64,000 bases of DNA from Pristiophorus japonicus (GCF_044704955.1 NC_091999.1:27714001-27778000); one strand, 5' to 3'; shown: positions 48,236 to 61,189, numbered from the stretch's first letter. A program made the numbers and translations. The notes: a model not told the origin generated them from the letters alone.

Positions 48236-51200
48236 ATGGTGTTTCGGAACTGCTTCTTCTGACTATCATAATCTGGATTAACGATCTCATTTCTGCGGAG
48301 ACTCCACAACCTCAAAGTCAATCTTTCACGTTTCTCACCTATGCCAGTTTCTTAAATAACTGAGTTAAATGACACTCCCCGCAATACAGGATCACAATCC
48401 AGAAGTTTTACAACCTGTCAGGAGGACTCCTGATTCTCACACAGTGAGCAGGCGCACATAAACAGAACAGACGAAACTGTGCTCCAGGCAGAGAGACCAG
48501 TTCAATCTATTAATTTCAATGAAGTTGTTTGATTTCTAATTTATTTCTTGCCAATTTCCAACCACCGCAACTCTGCAGATTCTTTGAAATTAAACTGATA
48601 TTAATTTGAGAGAAACTTCAACATCCAGCCATTTTTCCATCTCTGTCAACTATCTTGTAAACCGTGTAAAAATTAACTTCCCTGAAAGTAAGTATCTGGA
48701 AATAATTCACATTCCACGGGAATTTGCTGCCCGTCACACTGGACTCGGTGACATATTCAGAATGTCACATTCCAGGGGACATCTACATTGAAACCTAATC
48801 ACCCACTGATTTTATATATTTTCATCAGTAAATATAACCTGTAAAATCATCGAGGCAAAACAAGAAGTTAATTCACTAAAATCTGCAGCGACACCTTATC
48901 AAACTCAGCACAGCCGGGTTATACATGCATTGTTTTGTAAATTAACTTATGAATTAATTAAATATTATCTGCAACCATTGAGATTTTGCAATAATTGTAA
49001 TACTGACCAGTATGCAACACAATTGTAATGGATCGTTTATATTTAATGAATTAGCACTGCTGTTACTGTCTAAGTTAATGTTCATGTTAGCTGATTATTG
49101 AAAATAATCTGAGTGCCTATCTGGCTCTTCCTGCTCAGAAGCACACGTACCTGGAACTTTTGAAATTAAATTAACGTTGTTGAATTTCAGCCTTACTAAT
49201 GCAATTAATTAATAATAATATTAAAACCTTTTTCTGCCTGGTAACTTGTGATATATTAAGATTAACTTAACTTACAATAACAATTCATGAATATTAAAAT
49301 ATTAAGCAGCATATTAATACATAAATTCTCAGAAAAATACCTTATATTTACTTAAATCGAATCAAATTTGAATAATTGACAATAATCACGCAGTTCTACC
49401 ACTGTCCCGCTCTCGACCGACATCTTTTTAAACTCTGCATGTTTCTGATATAGCAAAAACTGCGTCTATTCGCAGAGAACATTTCACATGATGGATTTAG
49501 GGGAGGACTATTTTAAATAGTTCTCTGTCCAGCCGAGGTCACAACTCCGATGGTTGTAAACCGCTTGTTTACTAATACTGGAATCTCGAGCTGAAATATT
49601 CTCCTCAATCTTAAACCCCAAAAATGGTTTTATTAATTAAAACCCACCCGTGCAGCTTAAAGTCAATAGCAGAGCCTCCGCTGTTTAATAACACAGACAA
49701 TCTTTTATAGTTCACTCCCGTTATTCACATAATGCCCGCAAATTAATGATTAAATATATTCTGCTACTTCTTGAAAATAGTTTCCAGAATGGTCAGTGTA
49801 AAACTGGAGGATAACAAATCATTCAGACCATATGCGACACTGAAACTGAATGAGGTGAGACTTTGTTCATCAATTTAACATTCATAAGAATTAAACATAA
49901 CTCTCAGATATTATCTGTGCTTTGTCTACCGTTCTATTCCGCATACAGCAGCGTTTTGGGAGAATAGATTTTGTTTTAAATTCAAAATAAGGAAAACCTT
50001 TTGTAAGTAAATTAATCTGCTTGTATTTCAATGGATTATTTGCCTGTCTCCAGCCATACGCAGTCGGAACCTGCCTTGAACTTAAATATAATTACATGAA
50101 AAATTCTTTGACTGCCAGCGACGCCTGTCTCTCAGCTTTTGGTCTTGCAAAGTGTTCAAGATTAATTTAGTAATAATTCTATCAAACAACACACAATATT
50201 GATTCAATAACAATTTTCGGCTGCACAGTGAGAATGTCATACCCCGGCAGATATATTAAATTGACAAAATGCAATTTGCAACACGGCTTTAAGTTATAAT
50301 TAATTGCACTCAGTCATTCATCTGTGTATACAGGAGGTAGCAAGTAATTGAACTCCCGACTCAAACTGAACACAGCGGTGGAATGAGTATGTTGTTAATG
50401 AAATAATTGCAGGCATAATTAATAACTGTATCCAGCCTCTAAAAGTTTCTGCTTCCTTTAATGGAGCCCAGTGTAGAGCAGGATTTTGGAAGGCGAATAA
50501 TATTAAATAAATTAACATTGGACTTATAGCATATTTTAATAACACTGGGAGATATTATCGCATTATAATCGGTTGGTTAATATTAATTTAATTCAACTAC
50601 ATACTGAACACATTAATTATTCAGATGGCAATTAGTTACATTTCGCACAATAAAATATCAGCATCGTAAACATAAATTAATAGTTGAATATATAATTATC
50701 ACTTGTATAATTGTTATGTTAAAATACCTTTCAATGATTTCTGATTTCTAAACCCGTCCTGTTCTCTGCCTATAAACTGTTTTCAAACAGTTTCAAACAC
50801 ATTTCGTGTTTGCATTCGAGCACAAACCTGCTGCTGCCCACTGCCCGCTGACACCGATACTGAACATTGTAGAAACGCCTAGATTCACAAATTCTAGGTA
50901 TTCTGAGTAACACAGGCACATCTCTCCTCAGCAGATCAACACTAAATCACATCACTGAGGGGCGGAATCCCTCGACAGAACCTTTCATGGAGCAGATCCT
51001 TCATTTCATCAACCCTTTCAACAGAATCAAATGTATCATTGCAAAAAATCTCATTACAAAATCACTGAACCCGCCTAACACTGAAATAACTAAAGATTGA
51101 ATTCAACAGAAATATAAAATAATGAGATCAGAATTGTGATTAGACAGATCATGTTAAATACATTAATGTTGATATTATAGCATATTTAATAAAACGTGAT

Positions 51201-51784
51201 GATATTGCTACATTATAATAATGTTAATAATATTAATTTAATGTGTCCCAGCGTGAAATATGTTAATTGTTCAGTACTTAATTACAGTAACAGCTCACGT
51301 ATTGAATCTGAGAGTTCGGGAACATTCGGTCAGTAGATGACAATCCAATTTTCATTAAAAAACTTAAAATTCCTTAAGATTATTTACTGGTCGCTAAGCT
51401 TTCTGTTTTGTGCCTACAATGTTCTTTTAAACACATTTAAACACAATGTTTGCATTCGATCAGAAAAACTGCAGCAATTAATGGTCACCAAAATTAAACA
51501 TTGCAGAAACATCAAACAGTGTAAAAACCATAATGTATTTAGAGTAACCCAGGCACATGTCTCGTCAGCAAATAAACACCAAATCACATCAACAACATTT
51601 TCTGTGGAGAAACAGTTGAATTCTATAATCACTTTGCAGCAGAATCACATTGAACATTGCAAAAAATCTCAAAACAAAATCCACTGAACCTAAGTTTCAG
51701 TGAACGAAATAATTATTAAAATAAACAGAAATATAAAATAAAGACACAAATACAAGAGTTACTGAATGAGTGAATGTTCCTTAC

Positions 51785-51852
51785 CTGCAGTCACCGTCAC
51801 CATGGTCCCTTGTCCCCAGTAGTCCTTGGCAATGTACCCACTCCCGCAGTCC
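51785..51852 (-). CDS. Pre-joined D(D)J segment, DCGSGYIAKDYWGQGTMVTVTA
   Basis: 68 nt from the heptamer to donor G|GTAAGG; WGQG motif; no RSS inside. Confidence 0.9.
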
Positions 51853-51880
51853 CACAGTGACAGGAACCCGCACACATACT
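51853..51880. other. 12-bp-spacer RSS 5' of the D(D)J block
   Basis: CACAGTG - 12 nt - ACACATACT (6 of 9 nonamer consensus positions). Confidence 0.88.
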
Positions 51881-52287
51881 GCACTCACTCTCTGCTCAGT
51901 ACTGACTCTCAACATTCACGTCAAATAGACATTCACTTCCAATACACATTCGCTTCTGATCAAGTTTAGAATTTAGCCAACAGTTTACATAGCACAATTG
52001 AAAGTGAACACAGTTCTAACCAGCTCCCTGCATGTACCAGGCACAGTGAATCGAGCATCACCTCCAGCTCTGCAATTGCTGACACGGTTAACATTAAACA
52101 GGAGCATAATCAAAACCTCCCCTCAGTACATGGGTTAGTGTGTTATATTTTCACCATTGAATTCTCAGTGTGTTAGTTTTGTAAGAAGCGGTTTATGGTC
52201 TTGTTCTGTACATTGCCGGTAACATTGCATTTGACACAATTAATGACCATCAGGTTATGATGTCAGTTGTTGAATTCCCCCTCGATC

Positions 52288-52326
52288 TGTTCTTGTACAG
52301 GTCCAGCCCTGGTTCCTCTCGCTGTG
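52288..52326 (-). other. 23-bp-spacer RSS 3' of VH
   Basis: CACAGCG - 23 nt - ACAAGAACA. Confidence 0.92.
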
Positions 52327-52631
52327 GTACCTTGCACAGTAATAGATGGCGGTGTCTTCGCTCTTCAGATTCTTCATGTCCAGCGCAAAGATGTTGTTTG
52401 AAGTGTCTTTGGATGCAGTAAATCGGCTCGCAATCCCTGCGGCGTAATACTTGTTCGATGGACTGTAATACTGAACCAGCCACTCCAGCCCCTGTCCGGG
52501 ATTCTGGCGGATCCAGTACATGTAGCTGCCACCAAGATCGAAGCCGCTGGTTTTACAGGTCAGTCTCAGGGAGCTTCCGGGAATCCTGATCTCTGCCTCG
52601 GGCTGAGTCAACACCACATCCGACTGGACAC
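52327..52631 (-). CDS. IGHV: IgM VH exon
   Basis: [33 protein letters not shown]; acceptor TTTTTACAG. Confidence 0.96.
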
Positions 52632-52758
52632 CTGTAAAAATAATCAAAATACCCGAAGATTCAATCCTGGTGAAATGATTCCTGACTCTGTAACATTCCA
52701 GAGAGAGACTAACACTGAGACAGTAACAGTGAGAGATTGGACAATAAAAACTACTCAC

Positions 52759-52804
52759 GGGAAAAGAAAGCCAGTAACAGACTGAGAGAAATCGCCGACC
52801 TCAT
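52759..52804 (-). CDS. VH leader exon [15 protein letters not shown]
   Basis: ATG at 52804; donor C|GTGAGT, phase 1, matching the V exon. Confidence 0.93.
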
Positions 52805-52894
52805 CCTCCTGGCAATGTGTGGTGAATGGTTCCGGCAAGAACTCACTGAACAAACCCACTCCCAGACTGTTGTATTGCGGTCCCAGTGACCGGC

Positions 52895-52950
52895 AGTTAA
52901 ATACCCGGGAGATGGGGGCGAGGTTGCAGGCGCCGCCCATTGATTCACTG
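52895..52950 (-). promoter_or_regulatory. VH promoter: TATA-like TATTTAA and decamer-like AGTGAATCA, no octamer
   Basis: About 95-145 nt upstream of the ATG; shark VH promoters are known to lack the octamer. Confidence 0.5.
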
Positions 52951-54161
52951 ATAGAGGCGGTTTCTGGATTCACATCACACCTTCCACATCACCAACAGAA
53001 TGGACTCACATCTGGACTGTAAATTAAATCCCTTTATTTCCTCACTCCTTCACAGAGGATGTGAATCTCTGAGATTGAATTACATTATCAGGGTCTAAAG
53101 ATACTGCCAGTTTCTGTTTCTCCATCTCCCGCTATCTATCCATGCATCTGTACCAATAAAGTATCCCCTATAATCTGAATTGTTATCACCTATGTAACCG
53201 AGTGCGGGAGATGGGTAATGTGATTCTATTTACGGTGTACTTGGCTAAAGCTACACACTTTTGGTCTGGAGATGAGATCATACTCCTCACATTACACAAT
53301 TGTCTCTCATTGCATTTCACTAACTGCCCCTGAGTCTGTGACCCGACGACAGCCGTTTGTAAATTTAGCTGTAAAATAAGTCCGCTTGACTGATGATTCA
53401 GGAGTGAGTTGACGGAGACACATAAGAAAGTGGGTCCGTCCCGCTTCAGACCTGCGTTTTATGAGAGAAACTTGTGAATCAGAACCGATAATGTGATCAG
53501 CAAACCTCGATATCCAAATCCTTGCAGCTAACTTTAATAGCGACCGACTATGTAACAGACACGGGTAACAGGAACACGGTGTATCCTGTACTGAATAAAG
53601 GGACTGAATGGTCCAGAATGGTCTTTATTTGGAAATAGTTTTCATTAGATACCGTGTTGATCAATTCATTATTTTCCGATCCTATTTTTAATGTGGTGAG
53701 CATGGAATTTACGGAAAATCATTCTAGTGATGTTATACCATGTAAAATGTTTCTTATTTTAAAAGTTCGACTGAATAATTGCATGTTCAAATAGTTAAAT
53801 ACCATCTTTCTCCCATTCTTGTTCACGCTATTCTGACCGACACAATATTTGGCAGTAACCCAACCGACTGCCTTCAGCGAGCCTCGAACACCAGTGTCAT
53901 TTACAGGAAGCATTTGGGATTCTTTGCAGTCCATCAAAGGTCTGTTTTCTCACTGCTGACCGCATGCCTGGAAGCCAACTTCAAAACCGTTACATTGTCA
54001 AAAGACCTATTTATATACACATCTACCCAGTAATAGTACTGGAGTTAAATTTAATTTTTTCGTTGTGTAAATGTGTGTAACTGTTCCCATATCCCAGGAA
54101 AGGAAATATATCCAATGCCTCAGACACCATATCAATAGCAGCAGTCAGCTGGAGTATCAGT

Positions 54162-54380
54162 NNNNNNNNNNNNNNNNNNNNNNNNNNNNNNNNNNNNNNN
54201 NNNNNNNNNNNNNNNNNNNNNNNNNNNNNNNNNNNNNNNNNNNNNNNNNNNNNNNNNNNNNNNNNNNNNNNNNNNNNNNNNNNNNNNNNNNNNNNNNNNN
54301 NNNNNNNNNNNNNNNNNNNNNNNNNNNNNNNNNNNNNNNNNNNNNNNNNNNNNNNNNNNNNNNNNNNNNNNNNNNNNNNN
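54162..54380. other. Assembly gap (219 N)
   Basis: Run of N. Confidence 1.
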
Positions 54381-56600
54381 CAGTGCTGTGTCCACTATTG
54401 TTCACAACTTATATTAACATTTTAGATTTTGGAGTCAAATACACAACTTCTAAATTTTCGAATGCACGTGGGGTGGGCGGGTCGGTGTGTAAATACTGAG
54501 GAACACTGCAACGAATTACAAGAATGCATGAATTGACTAATTAGTTCCAACACAGACAAGCATGAGTTATTACATTTTGGTAAGAAAAATAAGGATGTTA
54601 CTTATCACGTTTAAAATAAGAATCTAAGTGGGATGGAGGAACAAAGGTCTCTGAGAGTGCAAATACACACATCACTAAAAGTAGCGACGCAGGTTAATAA
54701 TGCCATAAAAAGAATAAAAACTGTACTCGGGTTTATTTCTAGAGGGATTGAATTGAAAAGTGCAACAGTTATACGAAACTTGGTTAGACCACACTTGAAG
54801 TACTTTGTATAATTGACCCAATCCCCCGCCCTTTCCCCGAAGCCCTGCATATGTTTTCATTCGGATATGTGGACAGTGCAGGGAAGTGAAATTCAGGTAG
54901 AAGATCAGCCATGATCCCGTTGAATGACGGAACAGGTTCGAGGAACCGTATGGCCTACTCCTGCTCCCAATTCTTATGTTCTTATGTTCTGATTTTCTAG
55001 TAAATATGGACATTAGATACTCAATCTCTTCTCATAGGACAGCATCCCCCCACCCCACCCCGCACACTCCCTCCCCGCCCCTCCACCCCGCCGCCATCGC
55101 AGGAATCAGATCAGTCTGATGAACCTTAGATGCACTACCTCGAAGGCAAGTGTATCCTTCCTTAGGTAAGAGAACAAAACTGTACACAATACACCAGTTG
55201 TAGTCTCAGCAAGGCCCTATATAAGTGCATGAAGACTTCTTTGATCTAATACTCCAATCCCTTTGCAATAAAATGTTGCTTACCATTTGCTTTCCTAATT
55301 GCTCACTTTGGCTCTATTTTAGCTTTCTGTGATTCGTGTACAAGGCCATCCAGGTCTTTCTGAATCACAACATTACCCAGTTTCTCAGCATTCAAAAAAT
55401 AATCTGCGTTTCTATTTGTCCTACCAAAGTGTGTAACTTCACACTTCACCACATTATACTCAAGCTGTCATGTTCTTGCCCACTCACTTAACATTGCAGC
55501 CTTCTTACTTCTTCCTCACTGTTTACTGTCCCACATAACTTTGTATTGTATAGTACGCTCATTTAAATCATCTTTCTATACACGTGTAGAAGCTCTAACA
55601 ATCTGTTTTTATGTTTTTGATAGCTTATTTAATTTTATATTTTCTCCCATATTATCAGTTGCGTGTGCATCTTTTGCAGAATTCTAAAATCTTCCCAATT
55701 GTCGGGCTTACTACACTTTTTGTCAACATTCTAAGCCTGTTCATTTAATCTAATATTGTCTTTAACGTCCCTTGTTAGCCACGGTTGCACCATTTTTCCT
55801 GTGAGGTTTTTATTCATTATGGAAGTTTATCTAATCTGACGGCTCTGTGTGATGAGCTGAAGGTGAATTTGCAACAGTAATTTTGATAATTCCGCCCTTG
55901 ATACTTCCTGATCATCTGCACCTCTTGTTGTTTGTTCTAAAAAAATCCTCTGGGTAAACGTTCAAGCAAGTTATTGTGGTTGGAATTATGAACCATGTTT
56001 AAAGTAAGCTCTGGGGTTTGCAGTAGATGTCGTTTATCAGCAGGTGGCGACAGTGATCATATTGATACATGAGTCATGTGGAGACGAATGTTGCTGAGTA
56101 TTTCAGTCACCGTCTGCATTGTCAAAACAAGTAAAACAATATAATGAATGCTTCTCAGTCTATCAAATTTGAAGGAAGCATGTATCCTTAGAAATAATAT
56201 GAAGGGCCAATAAATTTATTTCAATCCACATTTTAGGAAAGATTTTGGGCTCTTGCCGAGGATGCAGAGGAGATTGCTACAAGGCATGAGGGAGTTAGTT
56301 ATGTGGAGACAAAAGAGGATGGGATTATTCTTATAGCAGGGAATGCTTAGGGGAGAATTAACAGATGTTTTCAAAATTGTGAAGGGGTTTCATAGAGTTG
56401 ATAGGAAGGTAGGGTTTCCATCGGCAGGTCTATCGGTAACCAGAGGACAAAGATTAAGGTGATTGATAAAATAAATCCAGACGATGGAGATAAGGAGATT
56501 TTTTATGCAGAGAGTTTTAATAGCCTGGAATGTAGTGCCTGAAAGGGTGATGGCAGCAGATTCAATTATAACTTTCAAATAGGGAAATCAATATATTTTT
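54381..56600. mobile_element. Patchwork of decayed CR1 fragments on both strands
   Basis: RT and 3' UTR remnants; TTCTTATGTTCTTATG tail near 54975. Confidence 0.7.
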
Positions 56601-56629
56601 GAAAAGGAAAGATGATCTGGTGAAATAAA

Positions 56630-57085
56630 AAGAGAGACAGTGTCGAGGATAATATAAACAGAGACAGTGTCTGGCGTAATATAAACTGAGACAGGATCTA
56701 CTGTAATATAAACAGAGACAGGGCCTAATGTAATATAAACAGGGATAGTGTCCGGAAGAATATAAACAGAGACAGTGTCCAGTGTAATATAAACAGAGGC
56801 AGGGTCTTGTGTAATATAAACAGAGATAGGGTCTGGTTTAATATAAACAAAGACAGGGTCCAGTGTGATATAAACAGAGACAGGGTCTAGTGTAATATAA
56901 ATAGAGACAGGGTCCAGGGTGAAATAGACAGAGACAGGGTCTAGTACAATATAAACAGAGACAGGGTCTAGTCCAATATAAACAGAGGCAGGGCCTAGTG
57001 TAATATAAACAGAGACAGGGCCTGGTGTAATATAAACAGGTACAGGGTCTAGTGTAATATAAACAGAGGCAGGGTCTAGCATAAT
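56630..57085 (-). repeat. 27-bp satellite, reverse orientation
   Basis: TAAACAGAGACAGGGTCTAGTGTAATA units. Confidence 0.92.
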
Positions 57086-57259
57086 ATTAGATAGAAGTAC
57101 AGATAGATGGACAGAAGTCCGAATCGAGGACGGAAGTAACAGACGGACGGACGGATCGACCGAACAACAGACAGACAGACAGATAGACAGTCAGACAGAC
57201 ATGAAGATTTGCATGGCTGGAATGTTGCTTTCAAATTACTCTAGATATTCGATATGTTT

Positions 57260-58140
57260 AAATTACTCTAGACCCTGTATAATTATAACTGCACTGGACC
57301 TTCTCTCTATTCATATTGCACAAGGCCCTTTCTCAATTATTACTGCACTCCTCTCGGGATCTATTTTATTACTGTAAATCCTGTCTCAGTTACACTGCAC
57401 TAGAACCTGTCTCTGTTTATATTATGCTCGGCTCTGTATCAGTTATCACAGTACTCGACCCTCTGTTATAATACATTAGAACCTGTCTCAGTTACTACTG
57501 AACTAGACGCTGTCTCTGTTTATATTACCGTACACCCTGTTTCTGTCAATATTTCCCTAGTCCCTGTCTCTCTTTATATTACACTAGACACTGTCTCAGT
57601 TTATATTGCGCTAGGAAATGTCAATGTTTCTAATACAATAGATCATGTATTAGTTATTATTAGAGCACGATATCCTTTGTTATATTATGTTGGACCCTGT
57701 TTATATTATACTATCCCCTGTGTCTTTATAATAGATTGCTCCTGTCTCTATTTATATTACACTAGACCCTGTCTCTATTTATATTACACTAGATCCTGTC
57801 TCTATTTATGTTACAGTAGACTCTGTCTCTCTTTATATTACACTAGGCCCTGTCTCTATTTATATTACACTAGACCCTGTATTTTCTATATTACACTAGA
57901 CACAGTCTCTGTTTATATTACACTAGACCCTGTATTTTTTATATTACACTCGACACAGTCCCTGTTTATGTAACACTAGACCCTGTATTTTCCATATTAC
58001 ACTAGACACTATCTCTGTTTTTACTACACTAGACCCTGTCTCTGTTTATATGGCACTACACACTGTCTCTTTTTATATTGCACTAGACGCTGTGTCTGTT
58101 TATTTTAAACTAGACCCTGTAAATGTATATATTTAACTAT
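57260..58140 (+). repeat. 27-bp satellite, degenerate
   Basis: TATTACACTAGACCCTGTCTCTGTTTA units. Confidence 0.9.
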
Positions 58141-58409
58141 ATCCTCTCTATCTATGTTACAATTGGACATGTCTCAGCACTGGACCATGGGGTATAGATG
58201 TGTCTATATCGGTCAAATCGAGCAATTTGTGTGGCTGAAGGTCAGAGGTCGCACTGATGTAGCTGTTGCGACCAAGTCATGTTGATGACGCTGCATTGTT
58301 GTGAAAAATGACTTCACCAATTGTTTACATTTTTATGATGTAATGATGTCAAAAAGGTAAAAAGGAAATGCAATATACAGGAAGTTGCACTGATAAATAA
58401 ATTTTTCTG

Positions 58410-58910
58410 GGAAAGAGATGTCACACTGTGCCATCAAACATTCCCAGGGCAGGTACAGCGCGGGTCTATGCAGAGAAAGGCTCCCTCGATGATGTCCCAT
58501 CAAACACTCCCAGCTCAGGTACAGCACTATTCGAGAAACAGTAAAGCTCCCTCTACACCGTCACATCAAACACTCCCAGGGCAGGTACAGCACGGTTTAG
58601 ATAGAGAGTAAAGCTTGCTCTACACCGTCCCATCAAACTCCCCCAGGGCAGGTACAGCACTGGTCTATGCAGACTAAAGCTCCCTCTACACCGTCACATC
58701 AAACACTCCCAGGGCAGGTACAGCACGGGTTAGCTACAGAGTAAAGCCCCCTCTACACCGTCCCATCAAACTCTCCCATGGCAGGTACATTACTGGTCTA
58801 TGCAGAGCAAAGCTCCCTCGAAACCGACCCATCAAACACTCCCAGGGCAGGTACAGCACGGGGTTAGATGCAGAGTAAAGTTCCCTCTACAGAGTCCCAT
58901 CAAACACCCA
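58410..58910 (-). repeat. About 67-bp minisatellite family
   Basis: Same unit as 47820. Confidence 0.9.
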
Positions 58911-59729
58911 AGTTCTTTGAGTTCACACGACATATTTTATTATAAAGCTGCCTCTCCGCAAAACCACCAATTTGGTTTGAGGCCTGGAAATAGACCTGAG
59001 GGAACATTTTTGTTAGACATTGACTTCTTATTGCGAGGTAAAGATAATGAGGCATTCTTTAGAGGCAAGGCAGAAGGTGTGGATAGTACAGAGAGGCAGA
59101 GAGGGAGGGGATACAGGGATTTGCCACTAATACATTGAGCTGTCACTATATACGGTGACTAGAATATTTCCCCATTCTGACCGTGGATATCATGGTGGAT
59201 TTGTTCACCAATAAATGAAAGAAATGTCCAAAACATCAATTGTTGCTGGAATCCGTTGAGACATTAGCATTCCTCTCTCTGTTTATTTCTATTCTGTATT
59301 GATGAAGAAACATTTACTGTGTTTCTGTCGTTCAATATTCTAATCTGGGACTTCTATTTCTGTGTTTATTTACATAAACACCTCACGGGTTTCCATGAAG
59401 TGTTCATGGCAGTAAAAGCAGATCCACAAAGCTTTACTGATTAGTTTTAACTCACAGCAGGGGTTTATTTTATGAATATTGTTAGCTGGTACTAATAAAT
59501 GGAAATATCTCCAGCAGTGACATCGGTTTTTTTTTGTTTAATCAGAAGAGATGTAATTGATATCAAAGGGAAAATATTAAAATGAAAAATTAATTTCTGA
59601 AAATTGCGATACTTAAGTCAGTGGAACATCTCTGAACAGATCTGTGATTCACTGGATGTCCATTTTGAGTAAGATTCCTGCCATTTAAACTAAACAAGTT
59701 AGAACAGCGAGCAGAGGAGTGACCCATTG

Positions 59730-60235
59730 CAACGTATATTTTAAATGTTGACATTTAGGATTAACTTTCACGACTTTCACGTCCTCGGTATGTCTAAAAG
59801 CGCTTTACAATGAAGTACGTTTGAAGTGTAGTCACTTTTGTAATGTAGGAAATGTGGAGTCAAATTGCGCACAGCAAGCTCCCACAAATGAAATGTGATA
59901 ATAACCACAGAATCTGTTCTTTAGTGATGCTGGTTAATGGATAAATATGTATAATGGACACCGGGGCGAAATCCCCTGCTGTTTAAAATAGTGCCATTCA
60001 ATCTCTTACATCCAACTGTGAGGGGAGACTCAGCAGATGTAACGTCTCATCAGAAAGACTGCACCACCGTCAATATAGCCCTCCCCCCCCCGCCCCCAAC
60101 CCTTCCCCTTTGGTACTGGTACCGGGAGTGCCAGCCGAGCTTATGTGCTAGTTCTCTGGAGAGGGGTTTGGACCCACAAACTTCTCATTCAGAGGCGAGA
60201 GTGATCCCATTGTGCCGGGGCTTTAGCACACCACA
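59730..60235 (-). mobile_element. DeuSINE-like SINE
   Basis: AAATTGCGCACAGCAAGCTCCCACAAA core. Confidence 0.65.
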
Positions 60236-60574
60236 GCTTTATTTTTTAGATGTTGTCATTTAGTTTAGAGTGTCCAAAGTTCAGTGCCTGAGACGAGTCT
60301 TACATGTCGCTTTAATTCCCGGGGATAATGCTCTTATCTAGCCTGGGATGATATTCTGACACTGTTGTAAAGTGGGATTTCCATATCAAATCTAGCGACT
60401 CCGCATCTGGATGTTCATCAGGTGCATCAGTAGAGCAGCTGGAAACTACGACGATGCTCCTTAGATTCGAGAATGTTAAGGGCGATTTAATAGAGGCGAT
60501 CAAAATTATGAGATTTTTTAATCGAGTAAATAGTTAGAAATCTTTTCCAATGGTAGGACGTACAGTAACCACTG

Positions 60575-61130
60575 AACTAGACCCTTTCTCTGCTGAGATT
60601 ACACTAGACCCTGTCCCTGCTTACATTATACTAGACCCTGTCTCTGTTTATATTACACTGGACCCTGTCCCTGCTTACATTACACTAGACCCTGTCTCTG
60701 TTTATATTACATGAGACCCTGTCCCTGTTTACATTACACTAGACCCTGTCTCTGTTTATATTACACGAGACCCTGTCTCTCTTTATATTACAATCGACGC
60801 TGTCTCTGTTTATATTACACTAGACCTAGTCACTGTTTACATTACATGCGACACTTCTCTGCACTAGACCCTATCTCTCTTTATTTTACACTAGACATTG
60901 TCTCTGTTTATAGTACAACAGGCCCTGTTTCTGTTTATATTACACTAGAATCTGTCTCTGTTTATATTACGCTAGATAATGTCTCCGTTTATATTACACT
61001 AGACCCTATCTCTGTTTATATTACAATAGACCCTGTCTCAGTTTATAATGCACTAGACCCTGTCTCTGCTTATATTACACTAGAGCCTGTCTCTGTTTAT
61101 CTTGCACTTGACCCAGTCTCTATTTAAATC
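60575..61130 (+). repeat. 27-bp satellite
   Basis: Same unit as 57260. Confidence 0.92.
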
Positions 61131-61189
61131 ACTCTAATCGCTGGCTCAGTTATTAATGTATTGCAACTCATCTCTGCTTATATTAGGCC

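Noticed and set aside
52042-52048. Extra CACAGTG between V and DJ, a possible separate D RSS
   Set aside because: No nonamer at 12 or 23 spacing and no opposing heptamer to bound a D segment
52327-52331. V end GGTAC as a fused D1 remnant (VD-DJ configuration)
   Set aside because: V ends at normal length after YYCAR, and the D1-like AGTGGGTA lies in the DJ block; not fully excluded without paralog alignment
54071-54499. ORFs spanning the N run
   Set aside because: Gap artefacts
57207-57214. Octamer ATTTGCAT
   Set aside because: 4.4 kb from the leader, inside a satellite spacer; expected by chance
56588-61127. VSVYITLDP repeat ORFs
   Set aside because: Consequence of a 27-bp satellite unit
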